This document shows positions 49,545 through 62,365 of a stretch of DNA of 64,000 nt, piece by piece. Numbering within the stretch: position 1 is the stretch's first letter; each line of letters starts with the position of its first letter. The position numbers and the translations under genes were made by a program. This DNA comes from Octopus sinensis (taxonomy: Eukaryota). Below the pieces are notes generated by a model, which saw only the letters and a program-made list of their open reading frames with translations, was not told the origin of the DNA and did no database searches. The stretch is taken from contig NC_043023.1 of the NCBI RefSeq assembly GCF_006345805.1, positions 3,100,001 through 3,164,000 on the forward strand. Direction: 5' to 3'.

Positions 49545-49945
49545 AAGGCGGTGAACTGGCAGAATCGTTAGCATGCCAGGTGAAATGCTGAGTGGTATGT
49601 CGTTTGCTACTATGTTCTGAGTTCAAATTCCGCCGAGGTCGACTTTGCCTTTCATCCTTTCAGGGTCAATTAAATAAGTACCAGTTACGCACTGGGGTCA
49701 ATATAATCGACTTTATCTGTTTGTCTGTCCTTGTTTGTCCTCTCTGTGTTTAGCCCCTTGTGGGTAGTAAAGAAATAGGTATGTCATCTGCTACTATGTT
49801 CTGAGTTCAAATTCCACCGAGGTTGACTTTGCCTTTCATCCTTTCAGGGTCGATAAATTAATTACTGGTTGAATACAGGGGTTGATGCTATCAACTGTTC
49901 CCCTCCCCACAAAATCCAGGCCTCGTGCCTATAATAGAAGTATTA
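49545..49945 (+). mobile_element. SINE family B, complete, with one internal repeat
   Basis: Head ggcggtgaactggcagaatcgttagcatgcc, body, module, second body, and terminal ggcctcgtgcctataatagaagtattatt. Confidence 0.9.
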
Positions 49946-50351
49946 TTTAAAATAAAGCAAATCAATTAAAATCATATTAAATGATATTTAAAACACTACC
50001 ATGATAAATATTAACTCATTGGGAGTAATAAGAAAATGGTAAAAGAGTTTTTAAGAATCATGAAGAATTGTGGAAGTTGTACATGTAATTAATTTTTAAA
50101 GGATTTATAGGATTATGAAGAATTACGATGTTAGTAACCAGGGAAAATGATGCAAATATTCTAAAAATATTATACAGGAATGGTTGGGTGGTAAGAAGCT
50201 TGCTTCCCTACCACATGGTTCTGGGTTCAGTTCCCTTGCATGACACCTTGGGCATGTTGTCTTCTACTATAGCCTGAGGCTGACCAAAACCTTGTGAGTG
50301 GATCTGGTATACAAAAACTGAAAGAAACCCATTATATGTATATATCAGTCG

Positions 50352-50761
50352 GCATGATAGATCGTTAGCCACTACACACATTTTTTTTCTCTCCTTGTTT
50401 TTTTCTGTGTCCCTTTCTGCAGAAGAGCGTAGGCTCGAAACGTAAAAGATTTTTTTCTATTCCTGAGTGTTATACTAATACATCTGTTTGTTTTGTACAC
50501 CATCTGTCTTTGTCTTTTGTTTTTTCGTAAACTCTCCCTATATATATATGTATGTATGTATGTATATATATATAACGGGAAGGTTTACAAAAATAAACAA
50601 AATACGAAGACAGGTGGAGTACAAACAAACAAATGTATTAGTATGGCACTCAGGAATAGAAATAGAAAAAGTCTTTTACGTTTCGAGCCTACGCTCTTCA
50701 ACAGAAAGATACACAGAAAAGAACAAGGAGAGAAAAAAATGCGTGTAGGAGCTAACAATCT
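50352..50761. mobile_element. Tail-to-tail inverted pair of the ~200-bp hammerhead element, inside a SINE A
   Basis: + copy at 50352-50540 (core 50412-50449), (TA/TATG)n spacer, - copy at 50570-50761 (core 50672-50709). The A head lies at 50165-50340 and the A tail at 50760-50940. Confidence 0.82.
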
Positions 50762-50984
50762 GTCCCCCACCATCACTTGACAACCAGTGTTGGTTTGTTT
50801 ACATTCCTGTAATTTAGCAGTTCTGCAAAACAGACTGATAGAATAAGTACTGGTCTTGATTTGTTCGACTAAAAAAATCTTTCACGGTGGTGCTCCAGCT
50901 TGGCTGCAGTCAAATGACTGAAACAGGAAAAAGAATAAAAGGATATTACATAAAGCAGAAGCAAACTGAAAAGAATTACTCTTT

Positions 50985-51167
50985 TCCTCGTTTCAGTCAT
51001 TTGACTGCGGCCATGCTGGAGCACCGCCTTTAGTCAAGCAAATCAACCCCAGGACTTATTCTTTGGAAGCCCAGTACTTATTCTATCGGTCTCTTTTGCT
51101 GAACTGCTAAGTTACAGGGATGTAAACACACCAGCATCGGTTGTCAAGCAATGTTGTGGTGACAAAC

Positions 51168-51207
<40 letters not shown>

Positions 51208-51385
51208 AATATATATAGATATATACGACGGGCTTCTTTCAGTTTCCGTCTACTAAATCCACTCACAGGGCTTTGGTTGGCCTGAGGCTATAGTAGAAGA
51301 CACTTGCCCAAGGTGCCACACAGTGGGACTGAACCCGGGACCATGTGGTTGGTAAGCAAGCTACTTACCACACAGCCACTCCTAC
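50985..51385 (-). mobile_element. SINE family A
   Basis: Full head-body-tail motifs. Confidence 0.9.
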
Positions 51386-51401
51386 ATCTATATATATATA
51401 T

Positions 51402-52727
51402 ATGCTACATGGTAGTGAAACTTCGGCTATGACTGCTGAGGATTTGCGTAAGCTCGCAAGAAATGAAGCTAGTATGCTCCGATGGATGTGTAACGTCAGT
51501 GTTCATAATCGACAGAGTGTAAGTACCTTGAGAGAAAAGTTGAACCTAAGAAGCATCAGTTGTTGTGTGCAAGAGAGACGTATGCGCTGGTATGGTCATG
51601 TGATGAGAATGGCTGAAGATAGTTGTGTGCGAAAGTGCCACACCCTGGCAGTTGAGGGGACCTGTGGAAGAGGTAGACCCAGGAAAACCTGGGTCGAGGC
51701 GGTGAAGCACGACCTTCGAACTTTAGGTCTCACCAAGGAAATGACCAGTGACCGAGACCTTTGGAGGTATGCTGTGCGTGAGAAAACCCGGCAAGACCAG
51801 TGAGAACAGTCAAAATCAAGATCAAACCAATTTGAGGTCGATCAACATCAGGGCCCCCGTGCAGGTGACACGTAAAAGTACCATCCGTTCGTAGCTGTTT
51901 GCCAGCCCTGTCTGGCCCCCGTGTCGGTGGCACGTAAAAGCACCATCCGTTCGTGCCCGTTGCCAGCCTCGCCTGGCCCCGTGCCGGTGACACGTAAAAG
52001 CACCATCCGTTTGTGGCCGTTTGCCAGCTCTGTCTGCCCCCGTGCCGGTGACACGTAAAAGCACCATCCGTTCGTGGCCGTTTGCCAGCCCTGTCTGGCC
52101 CCCATGTCGGTGACATGTAAAAGCACCATCCGTTCGTGTCCGTTTGCCAGCCCTGTCTGGCCCCCATGTCGGTGACATGTAAAAGCACCATCTGTTCGTG
52201 TCCATTGCCAGCCTCGCCTGGCCCCCGTGCCGGTGACACGTAAAAGCACCATCCGTTCGTGGCCGTTTGCCAGCCCTGTCTGGCTCCCGTGTCGGTGGCA
52301 TGTAAAAGCACCATCCGTTCGTGCCCGTTGCCAGCCTCGCCTGGCCCCCGTGCCGGTGACACGTAAAAGCACCATCTGTTTCGTGGCCGTTTGCCAGCTC
52401 TGTCTGGCCCCCGTGTTGGTGGCACGTAAAAGCACCATCCGTTCGTGCCCGTTGCCAGCCTCGCCTGGCCCCGTGCCGGTGACACGTAAAAGCACCATCC
52501 GTTCGTGGCCGTTTGCCAGCTCTGTCTGACACCTGTGCAGGTGGTACGTAAAAAGCACCCACTACACTCACGGAGTGGTTGGTGTTAGGAAGGGCATCCA
52601 GCTGTAGAAACACTGCCAGATCTGACTGGGCCTGATGAAGCCTTCCAGCTTCACAGACCCCAGTTGAACCGTCCAACCCATGCTAGCATGGAGAACGGAC
52701 GCTAAATGATGATGATGATGATGATGA

Positions 52728-52730
<3 letters not shown>
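51402..52730 (+). mobile_element. RTE-clade LINE 3' fragment: ORF C-terminus, ~61-bp VNTR x12 and family C tail
   Basis: MLHGSET..RNEASMLRWMCNV..LREKLNLRSI..QERRMRWYGHVMRM..GRGRPRKTW..DRDLWR* (stop at 51803); VNTR cores from 51873 to 52549 spaced 60-63 bp; tail ggacgctaaatgatgatg. Confidence 0.92.
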
Positions 52731-52766
<36 letters not shown>

Positions 52767-54071
52767 TACGACGGGCTTCTTTCAGTTTCCATCTACCAAA
52801 TCCACTCCCAAGGCTTTGGTCGGCCCGAGGCTATAGTAGAAGACACTTGCCCAAGGTGCCACGCAGTGGGACTGAACCCGGAACCATGTGGTTTGTAAGC
52901 AAGCTACTTACCACACAGCCACTCCTCAAATTATAAAAGATATCTAAATTATGTGATATTACAGTGATGGGTAACTTCTGTAGACGAAAGTAGCTTAAAC
53001 ATGGTCAGTTGTATGCATAATACTATTGAAACACACTTTACTACCAAAATATTCGGCTTTTCTAAGCCTTGTAAAAGAACTTGGAAGACTGGACCTCCAA
53101 ACACACCTTTCAGAAGGCCCTTAAAACCAGAAAGTTTTCAGCACCCCCTTGCTATTTGTAAACTAATAATTAAGGTTTATATTTCAGGGAAATTGGTACA
53201 TATACAGCTCTCAGTGAAGCCTTATAAAATTGGTTTAAAGTATAAAACAGTTTTACTGGTATAATGCAAGCATTTTATCATTAGTTCATCTGATCTATTG
53301 ATAACTTTTCCTATGCTTTTTAAGGTTTCCGACAATTCCAACCAACAGAGTTTACAACCACATCTATCACTAACAAACACAGTATGCCAGAGGAAAATCG
53401 ATATTTTTGTCCTTTAACTCCCAGTTTTTCACAGAGAGTGATGTTGTTTGTACTTTATGTCTTCTCTTAAATTTATGAAGATAAGTAATCTTGATTAAAA
53501 AATGGAAGTGGAAACTATATAAATGAAAGTATGTAGATCAGTTTTAACATTACATTTATATACTATGGTTTAATCAGGCATTTATTTTCTAGTGGGTATT
53601 CAAATTTCTTGTTACAATTACATAATCTAGTTAACGTCGGGATGGAAATATTGTGGGAAGATTAATCATACTAATTTTGGTACACAGTGATAATCAGTAG
53701 AATTGTTATTTGCGTTAGCAACTCCATCAAACTTATATTACTAAAATTTGTACTGGACTTATTATAAACATCATTTAGTCCCCTAAGTGTACCAAAACAA
53801 TTATACTTGCATGCAAAGCAATTATACAATTTTTACTATTACCACAGTTGTAGTTATTACTATAATCATTACCAGAACAATTCACACCAGTACATCTAAT
53901 ATTATTGTTGTTGTTGTTAAGGTGGTGAGCTAGCAGAACCATTAGCGTGCTGAACAAAATGCTTAGTGTCATTTTCTTCCTCTTTTCATTGTGAGTTCAA
54001 ATTCCACTAAGATCGACTTTGCCTTTCATCCTTTTAGAGTTAATGAAATAAGTACCAGTCAAACACTGAGG

Positions 54072-54660
54072 TGTGGAGGCGCAATGGCCCCGTGGTTAGG
54101 GCAGCGGACTCATGGTTGGAGGATCGTGGTTTCGATTTCCAGACCGGGCGTTGCGTGTGTTTATTAAGCAAACACACCTAAATGCTCCACGAGGCTCAGG
54201 CATGGGGGCGGGGGTGACGACCCCTGTTGTACTCTTTCGCCCCAACTTTCTCTCACTCTTTCTTCCTGTTTCTTGAGTAACTCTGCAATGGACTGGCATC
54301 CCATCCAGCTGGGGGGAACACATATGCCATAGAAAGTGGGTGTTGTGTGTGTTTATTGACTGAAAATACCTAAAGTTCCATGAGGCTCCGGCAGGGGTGG
54401 TGGCAACCCCTGTTGTACTCTTTCACCCCGAGTTTCTCTCACTCTTTCTTCCTGTTTCTTGAGTAACTCTGCTATGGACTGGCGTCCTGTCCAGCTGGGG
54501 AGAACGCATATGCCATAGAAAGTGGGCATTGTGTGTGTTTATTGAGCGAAAACACCTAAAGTGCCACGAGGCTCCGGCAGGGGGTGCTGGAACACATATG
54601 CCATAGAAACTGGGAAACCGGGCCCATGAGCTTAGCTAGGCTTGAAAAGGGCACATAAAT
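54072..54660 (+). mobile_element. SINE family D variant with body repeated ~2.5x (186-bp unit)
   Basis: Head ggaggcgcaatggccccgtggttagggcagcggactc; gccatagaaa at 54326, 54512 and 54600. Confidence 0.85.
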
Positions 54661-56489
54661 AAAATAAAAACAAACACTGGGGTCAATGTAATCGATCATC
54701 TGCTCTTGGATTGACCTGGTTGAGTATTCCTTAAGTGGCTGTGTGGTAGTAGGTGCAGGAATGGCTGTGTGGTAAGTAGCTTGCCTACCAACCACATGGT
54801 TCCCGATTCAGTCCCACTACGTGGCACCTTCGGCAAGTGTCTTTTGCTATAGCCTCGGGCTGACCAAAGCCTTGTAAGTGGATTTGGTAGGCGGAAACTG
54901 AAAGAAGCCCATCGTATATATGTATGTATATATATATATATAGGAGTGGCTGTGTGGTAAGTAGCTTGTTTACTAACCACATGGTTCCCGATTCAGTCCC
55001 ACTGCGTGGCACCTTGGGCAAGTGTCTTCTACTATAGCCTCGGGCTGACCAAAAAGCCTTGTGAGTGGATTTGGTAGGCGTGGCTCGAGAAGGAACAATA
55101 CAATACATATATATTTCTGGCTTTGTGCCTATAATAGAAAGGATTGTTGTTGTTGTTGTTAAGGCAGTAATCCAGCAGGATCATTGGTGCATTGGACAAA
55201 ATGCTTAGCAGCATTTTCTCTGTCTTTGCGTTCTGAGTTCAAATTCCATTAAGGTTCACTTAAATACTTTTGAGGCCTTTTTCAGCCAGGACTTTGTTTC
55301 ACGTGAAGCAACATTAAGTGCATTATATTAGGGTAGGTTCAAGCAGTGGGAAGGAGCATTAAAGATGTTGGTGATGAGGTGTCACAGAGAAAATTTAATC
55401 ATGAAAAAATTCTCCTACTCTTTATTCTCTTTTACTTCTTTCAGTCATTTGACTGTGGTCATGCTGGAGCACTGCCTTTAATTGAGCTAATCAACCCCAG
55501 AACTTATTCTCTGGAAGCCTAGTACTTATTCTATCGGTCTCTTTTGCCAAAGTTACAGGGGCGTAAGCACACCAGCATTGGTTGTCAAGCAATGTTGGGG
55601 AGACAAAGACATATACACACACATACATAAATATATAGTGGAGACACATGGCCTAGTGGTTAAAGCAGCAGACTCATGGTCAAGGGATCGAGGGTTCGAA
55701 TCTCAGACCAGGTGATGTGTGTGTTTATGAGTGAAACACCTAAGCTCCACGCGGCTCCGGCAGAAGGTAATGGCGAACGCCTGCAGCCTCTTTCGCCACA
55801 ACTTTCTCTCACTCTTTCCTCCTGCATCTTGCAGCTCACCTGCGACAGACCGTCGTCCTGTACAGGTGGGCAACCTATACGCCAAGGAAACTGGAAACCA
55901 GCCCTTATGAACCAGGCATAGCTCAAGACGGAACAATACAATACACACACACACTCACACATACACACATATATATATGTGTGCAACAGGCTTCTTTCAG
56001 TTTCCGTCTACCAAACCTACTCACAAGGCTTTGGGCAACCCAAGGCTATAGTAGAAGACACTTGCCCAAGGTGCCACGCAGTGGGACTGAACCCGGAACC
56101 ATGTGGTTGGTAAGCAAGCTACTTACCACACAGCCACTCCTGCGCCTACTACCACACAGCCACTTAAGGAATACTCAACCAGGTCAATCCAAGGGCAGAC
56201 AATTCAGTTAACTGAACAAATGAATTCACAATGTCGAATGATTAAAAGACATCCAAGTCTTGCACACACATATGAAGTAACATACCTTTTATCTTAACAT
56301 ATACATGCATGGCATAAAGAAAATAGCATAAGACACACATACACACACACGTGTTGCTTGTAGTACTATCAGTATAAAAGAAGACTACAGAATGCATCCA
56401 AAATACAAAAGTATACATGCCTAAGTCACAGAGAGAGAGAGAGAGAGAGCACTAGGTTGTGTAGTGTAACACATGCCATAAAAAAGACA

Positions 56490-56964
56490 GATCCTTCAAT
56501 AATAACAATAATAATAATAATAATAATAATAGCAATAATAATAATAATAATAATAATAGCAATAATATTAGCGATAATAATAATAACGTCGATAATAATT
56601 TTAAAAATAAGCATAGTGATAATAATAACAATGATACTAATAATAATAATAATAATGATAGCAATAATATTAGCAATAATAATAATAATGTTAATAATAG
56701 TAATGACAATATTAGTAATATCCACAATGGAAATAATGATGATGATAAAAGTAATAAGAAAAATAAATAGAATAGAAGAAATGACAAGTATAGTATCAAT
56801 AATAATAATAATAATAATAGTAACAACTAAAACTGTTAATAACAGGAACAATAATAATAATAAGAAGAAGAAGAAGAAGAAGATACAATAATGATGATGA
56901 TGATGATGATGATAATAATAATAATGATAATGATAATAATAGTAATAATAATAATAACAAGAAA

Positions 56965-57013
<49 letters not shown>

Positions 57014-57276
57014 GTAATAATAATAATAGTAATAATAATAATAACAACAAGAAAAATAATAGTAATAATAATAATAATAATGGTAATGGTAATGATAATA
57101 ATAATGATAACAACAAGAAAAATAATAGTAATAATAATAATAATAATGGTAATAATAATAATAATAATGGTAATGGTAATGATAATAATAATGATAATAA
57201 TAATAATAAAGGTAATAATAATAATAATAATATAATAATAACAACAAGAAAAATAATAGTAATAATAATAGTAATA

Positions 57277-57319
<43 letters not shown>

Positions 57320-57411
57320 GAAAAATAATAGTAATAATAATAATAATAATGGTAATAATAATAATAATAATGGTAATGGTAATGATAATAATAATGATAA
57401 TAATAATAATA

Positions 57412-57448
<37 letters not shown>

Positions 57449-57836
57449 CAAGAAAAATAATAGTAATAATAATAATAATAATGGTAATAATAATAATGAT
57501 AATAATAATAATAATAACAAGAAAAATAATAGTAATAATAATAATAATAATGGTAATAATAATAATAATAATAATAACAACAAGAAAAATAATAGTAATA
57601 ATAATAATAATAATGGTAATAATAATAATAATAACAAGAAAAATAATAGTAATAATAATAATAATAATGGTAATAATAATAATAATAATGGTAATGGTAA
57701 TGATAATAATAATGATAATAATAATAATAATGGTAATAATAATAACAATAACAATAATGATAATGATAATAATAATAACGATAATAATGATAATAATAAT
57801 AATAATAATAACAGTAATAATAATAATAACAATAAC

Positions 57837-57879
<43 letters not shown>

Positions 57880-57900
57880 GTAATAGTAATAAAAATGATA
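56490..57900. repeat. 1.4-kb (AAT)n array with regularly recurring ACAAGAAAA and GGT interruptions
   Basis: Directly visible; source of the 547-aa Leu/Tyr ORF. Confidence 0.97.
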
Positions 57901-58369
57901 ATAGTGATGATGATACTTTTTTTATATGATGACAACACATAACCCCACCGTCACGTGCCAAAAAGTATAGAAAAGATTCCCAGCAATTTCTTTTTGGATA
58001 TGGGATAATAATAATAATAAAATATAAAAAACCCCTGCAACTAATCAACATGAAGAAAATGATAAACATTTAAGATATGGAGGTTAAATTAAAAAGGAAA
58101 AAAAAAGGGCTGTAACAATGGAAATGTAAAACGTATGAATTATGAAGAGTGGAAAAAAGGTAAAAATATAATGTCAGGAAATGAAAGATGTGAGAGATAA
58201 ATGTTATTCATTACCAGTAACAAAAGGTACGTAATAATATATACACACACATACACAGCTATATATATGTATATATACATATATATATATATGTATCTAT
58301 ATATACATATATGTATTTATATATACATATATATATGTATATAATATGTATATAGTATATATATATATG

Positions 58370-58411
<42 letters not shown>

Positions 58412-58494
58412 TTACACATATATGTGTACACAGATGCAGACACACACATATATATATATAGGAGAGAGGGCTAAATAGATAGATATATAACATA

Positions 58495-58555
<61 letters not shown>

Positions 58556-58652
58556 TATGTATATTGTGGATATATATACAATTAGGTATAAATATACAAA
58601 AGGTATGTAATAATATATACACACATACATATATGTATATATATATATATAT

Positions 58653-58691
<39 letters not shown>

Positions 58692-59181
58692 ACACAGATG
58701 CAGACACACACACACATATATATAGAGAGAGGGCTAAATAGATATAATATATATATATACATAGATATATATATGTTTATGTATATTTGTGGATATATAC
58801 ATATATGTATAAATTTTATGCAATTGTAGGTACGGATTTTATAGAGGTGTGTGCAATATATAGGAATGTGCATGCAAGTTTGCGTGTATGACTGTATGCA
58901 TGAAACATGCATATATGGGTTTATGTATATGTATATATATAAAGGCATTCATATATGTACACAAATACACATATGTATATAGTATATATATATGTATGTA
59001 TATATATATATATATATATATAAGTGCATATATTTATATCTACAGCTATATATATACATTTATATATGTAAGTATATATATGTGTGTGTTTATATATATA
59101 TAAGTATATATATATCTATATATGTGAATCTCTCTCTCTCTCCCTATCTATCTATCTACCTATATACCTATATACATACAT

Positions 59182-59217
<36 letters not shown>

Positions 59218-59425
59218 GCAGAAACAGAAGCAGATACACATATTTACATACATACACATATCGCTACATGTTGTTAACTGTTGATATTTAATCAATATAC
59301 TCACCTGATTGCTTCCACAATTTCTCATTTCATATGCAGTTTTATAACACATACCAACGCACACATACACACATATGTATAATATATATTCATATAATAT
59401 CTAATATAATAACACACCACACACA

Positions 59426-59462
<37 letters not shown>

Positions 59463-59779
59463 ATATAGACATATATATAGATATATATATATATATATAT
59501 ATATATGAATATGTACATATATATATATATATATACATATATATATACATTTATTTGTGTATATAATTTTTATGTCATCCCACTGGAATGCATTCTTTTC
59601 TTCTCATTTATAACTGATAACGCAACGACACAACACCATCAATAAAAATAAAATGATCAAGATGAAAATATAAATAACTGCAACGTTGACCACGACGATG
59701 ATGACAATGATGATGATGGTTGTAAGAGCATCAATGCTTCTACTCCTACTAAACCAGTACTACTGCTACTACTACTACT

Positions 59780-59797
59780 ACCAATAATAATAATAAC

Positions 59798-59835
<38 letters not shown>

Positions 59836-60237
59836 CAACAATAACAACAACAACAATAATAATAATGACATCAATAACAACAACAATAATAATAATAATA
59901 ATAATATAATAATAATAATAATAGTATTAATAATAATAATAATGATAATAATAATAATAATATTAATAATAATAATAATATTAATAATAATAATGATGAT
60001 GATGATGATAATATTAATAATAATAATAATATTAATAATAATAATAATAATAGTATTAATAATAATAATAATGATAATAATAATAATATAAATAATAATA
60101 ATAATATTAATAATAATAATGATGATGATGATGATAATATTAATAATAATAATAATGATAATAAAAATAATAATAATGATGATAATATTATTAATAATAA
60201 TAATAATAATAACAACAGCAACAGCAATAATAATAAC

Positions 60238-60269
<32 letters not shown>

Positions 60270-60427
60270 CAACAATAATAATAATAATAATAATAATAAC
60301 ATCCGCAATGACGATGCCATTGATGATGGTGGTGATTATAACAGTAACATCTTTACTAATAATACCAAGACTAATAATAATTGCTGTAACAATAATGACA
60401 ACATCAACAACAACAACAACAACAATG

Positions 60428-60459
<32 letters not shown>

Positions 60460-60890
60460 CAACAGTATAAGTGGAAAGATAATGAAAGACTGTGAAGCGT
60501 AACATTCAGGACAAGAAGTTTAGGTTTTGGCATTGACACTTGGTATGGATATGGGATGGTAAGGTATGGGTGGGAGGAGAGGAGAGGGGGAAAAGATGGG
60601 AGGGGGAGGAAATTGGAGGAGGAAGGAGAAGAGAAGAAGAAGAAGAAGAAATGGAAGAAGATGAAGACAGAGGAGGAGGAGGAGGAGGAGAAGAATGAAT
60701 GAATGAAAGAAGTGGAAGAAGAAGAGGAATTGGAAGAAATTGAAGAAGATGAAGAAGGAGGAGGAGAAGAAGAAGAATGAAAGAAGTGGAAGGAGAAAGA
60801 GGGAAGAAGAAGGAGGAGGAGGGGAGAAGAAGAAAAAAAAGAAGGAGGAAGGGAGAAGAAGAAGAATTGGAAGAAGGAGGAGGAAGAGGG
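59780..60890. repeat. (AAT/AAC/GAT)n followed by purine-rich (GAA/GGA)n
   Basis: Directly visible. Confidence 0.95.
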
Positions 60891-61324
60891 TTAGGGTTCC
60901 TCTCTCTTTCCTTCTTTTCTCACTTTTCCTTTTGACCTCTCTCCTCATTTTAACATACACATTTCTTCTCCCCTCTCTATCCACTTAATACTTCCACTAC
61001 ATTCTCAAGTTTTCATTCACACCACAAGACCCCTTTGAATGAACAGCACATGGAATCTATGTCTCCTAACTTTACATTTGTAATGACAAAATATGAACTC
61101 CTATTAGAATTTACAAACTACAGACAAGAAGCATTTCTACCCATTCTACACAGCACTTTTCTTGGAAAATGGAATGCCAACTATAACATCTTTATATATT
61201 TCAATTTTTTTTCATTTCTGCTTTTATTCTCCTATTTTCCTCTATACTCCTTATTTCCTTCTTTTTCCAAAATAACTCCTAATATTGAACTCTAATATTT
61301 CCTCCTATTTAAGCATCTCACATC

Positions 61325-61372
61325 GTCTCTGATGAAGGAATATCCTTAATATCCCAGAAACAGCTGTAAGAC
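61325..61372 (+). ncRNA. Minimal type-I hammerhead ribozyme-like motif with palindromic stem III
   Basis: gtct-CTGATGA-aggaatatccttaatatccca-GAAAC-agct-GTA-agac; acagctgt is a palindrome. Confidence 0.68.
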
Positions 61373-62078
61373 TAACTTTCTCTTTATAAATGACCTGAAA
61401 ATTCTATACAATTTTAGCTTTGTTGTCTCACTTCATTTAACATATATATATATATATGTATGCATGTATATACACACACATGTGTATACATACATATGCA
61501 TGTGCACTTAAACTTATACACACACACACTCACACATAGACATACATACTTATATATATATATATATTATACACACACACACATATATATATATATACAC
61601 ACACACACACTCACAGATTTTTGTATAATCACACACATACACACACATTATTACACAGTTTTACTCTCACTCTCATATATAGATACACATATGCATATAT
61701 GTTCAAATACGCCTACACATACATATATACACTAGACTCAATGCACACACACACACACATACAATTACACATATATATATACATATGTCATTTTAGAAAT
61801 TAATTAGTCAAATCGTTAAAGATTTTCTAAAAACCAATTTTCTCTGCTGTTTGTGAATAATTATCATTGTTTTAATAAGGGAGACAGAAATATGACAGTA
61901 AGTTGTGTCCTTAGGGAACATATGGCAGTAGGTGGGAGAGTAGTGAATATATAGAAGAAGGAGCCATGGTGCAGAGTGGTGAGAGGAGTATAGTGTGTGG
62001 GTGGTAGTGTTGTGTGGTGGTGTGCTGTCTTGTGTATTGTGGTGTTGTGCAATGTAGTGTTCTGTGGCTGGGTGTGTA

Positions 62079-62298
62079 CAAGGTGGGGGCTGAAAAGTTC
62101 CTGGGTTTGGGTAAAAGAAAATACAAGAGGATCAGTTAATTATGATTTTATTCAACATATTCCCCTCTCAGATGCACACACTCATTGCAGTGGTCCTTCA
62201 GTTTTTCTAAGCCCTGTAACAGAACTCAGAAGATGGGGCCTCCAAACAGGCCTTCCACAATACACTTCAAGCCAGGAACGTCTCAGCACCCTTTTGTG
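62079..62298 (-). mobile_element. Mariner-derived MITE retaining the transposase C-terminus
   Basis: TA-caaggtgggggctgaaaagttcctgg ... ccaggaacgtctcagcaccc..-TA; the minus frame reads QGLEKLKDHCNECVHLRGEYVE*. Degenerate right halves lie at ~46850-46940 and ~53060-53150. Confidence 0.85.
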
Positions 62299-62304
62299 TA
62301 TGTA

Positions 62305-62345
<41 letters not shown>

Positions 62346-62365
62346 TATATATAATATATATATAT

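Noticed and set aside
52625-52660. ctgatga in the family C tail as a hammerhead
   Set aside because: No GAAA or pairing stems, and other C copies read cctggtgcag here, so it is a chance mutation.
51730-52676. Three overlapping 236-284 aa minus-strand ORFs
   Set aside because: The same 61-bp VNTR read in three frames, antisense to an RTE 3' UTR; no evidence of coding function.
46710-53205. Duplicated ~285-bp segment (46710-46998 and 52926-53205) as a duplicated exon
   Set aside because: Substitutions fall in all codon positions and the core is the right half of the mariner MITE seen at 62079-62298. It is retained only as an old local duplication.
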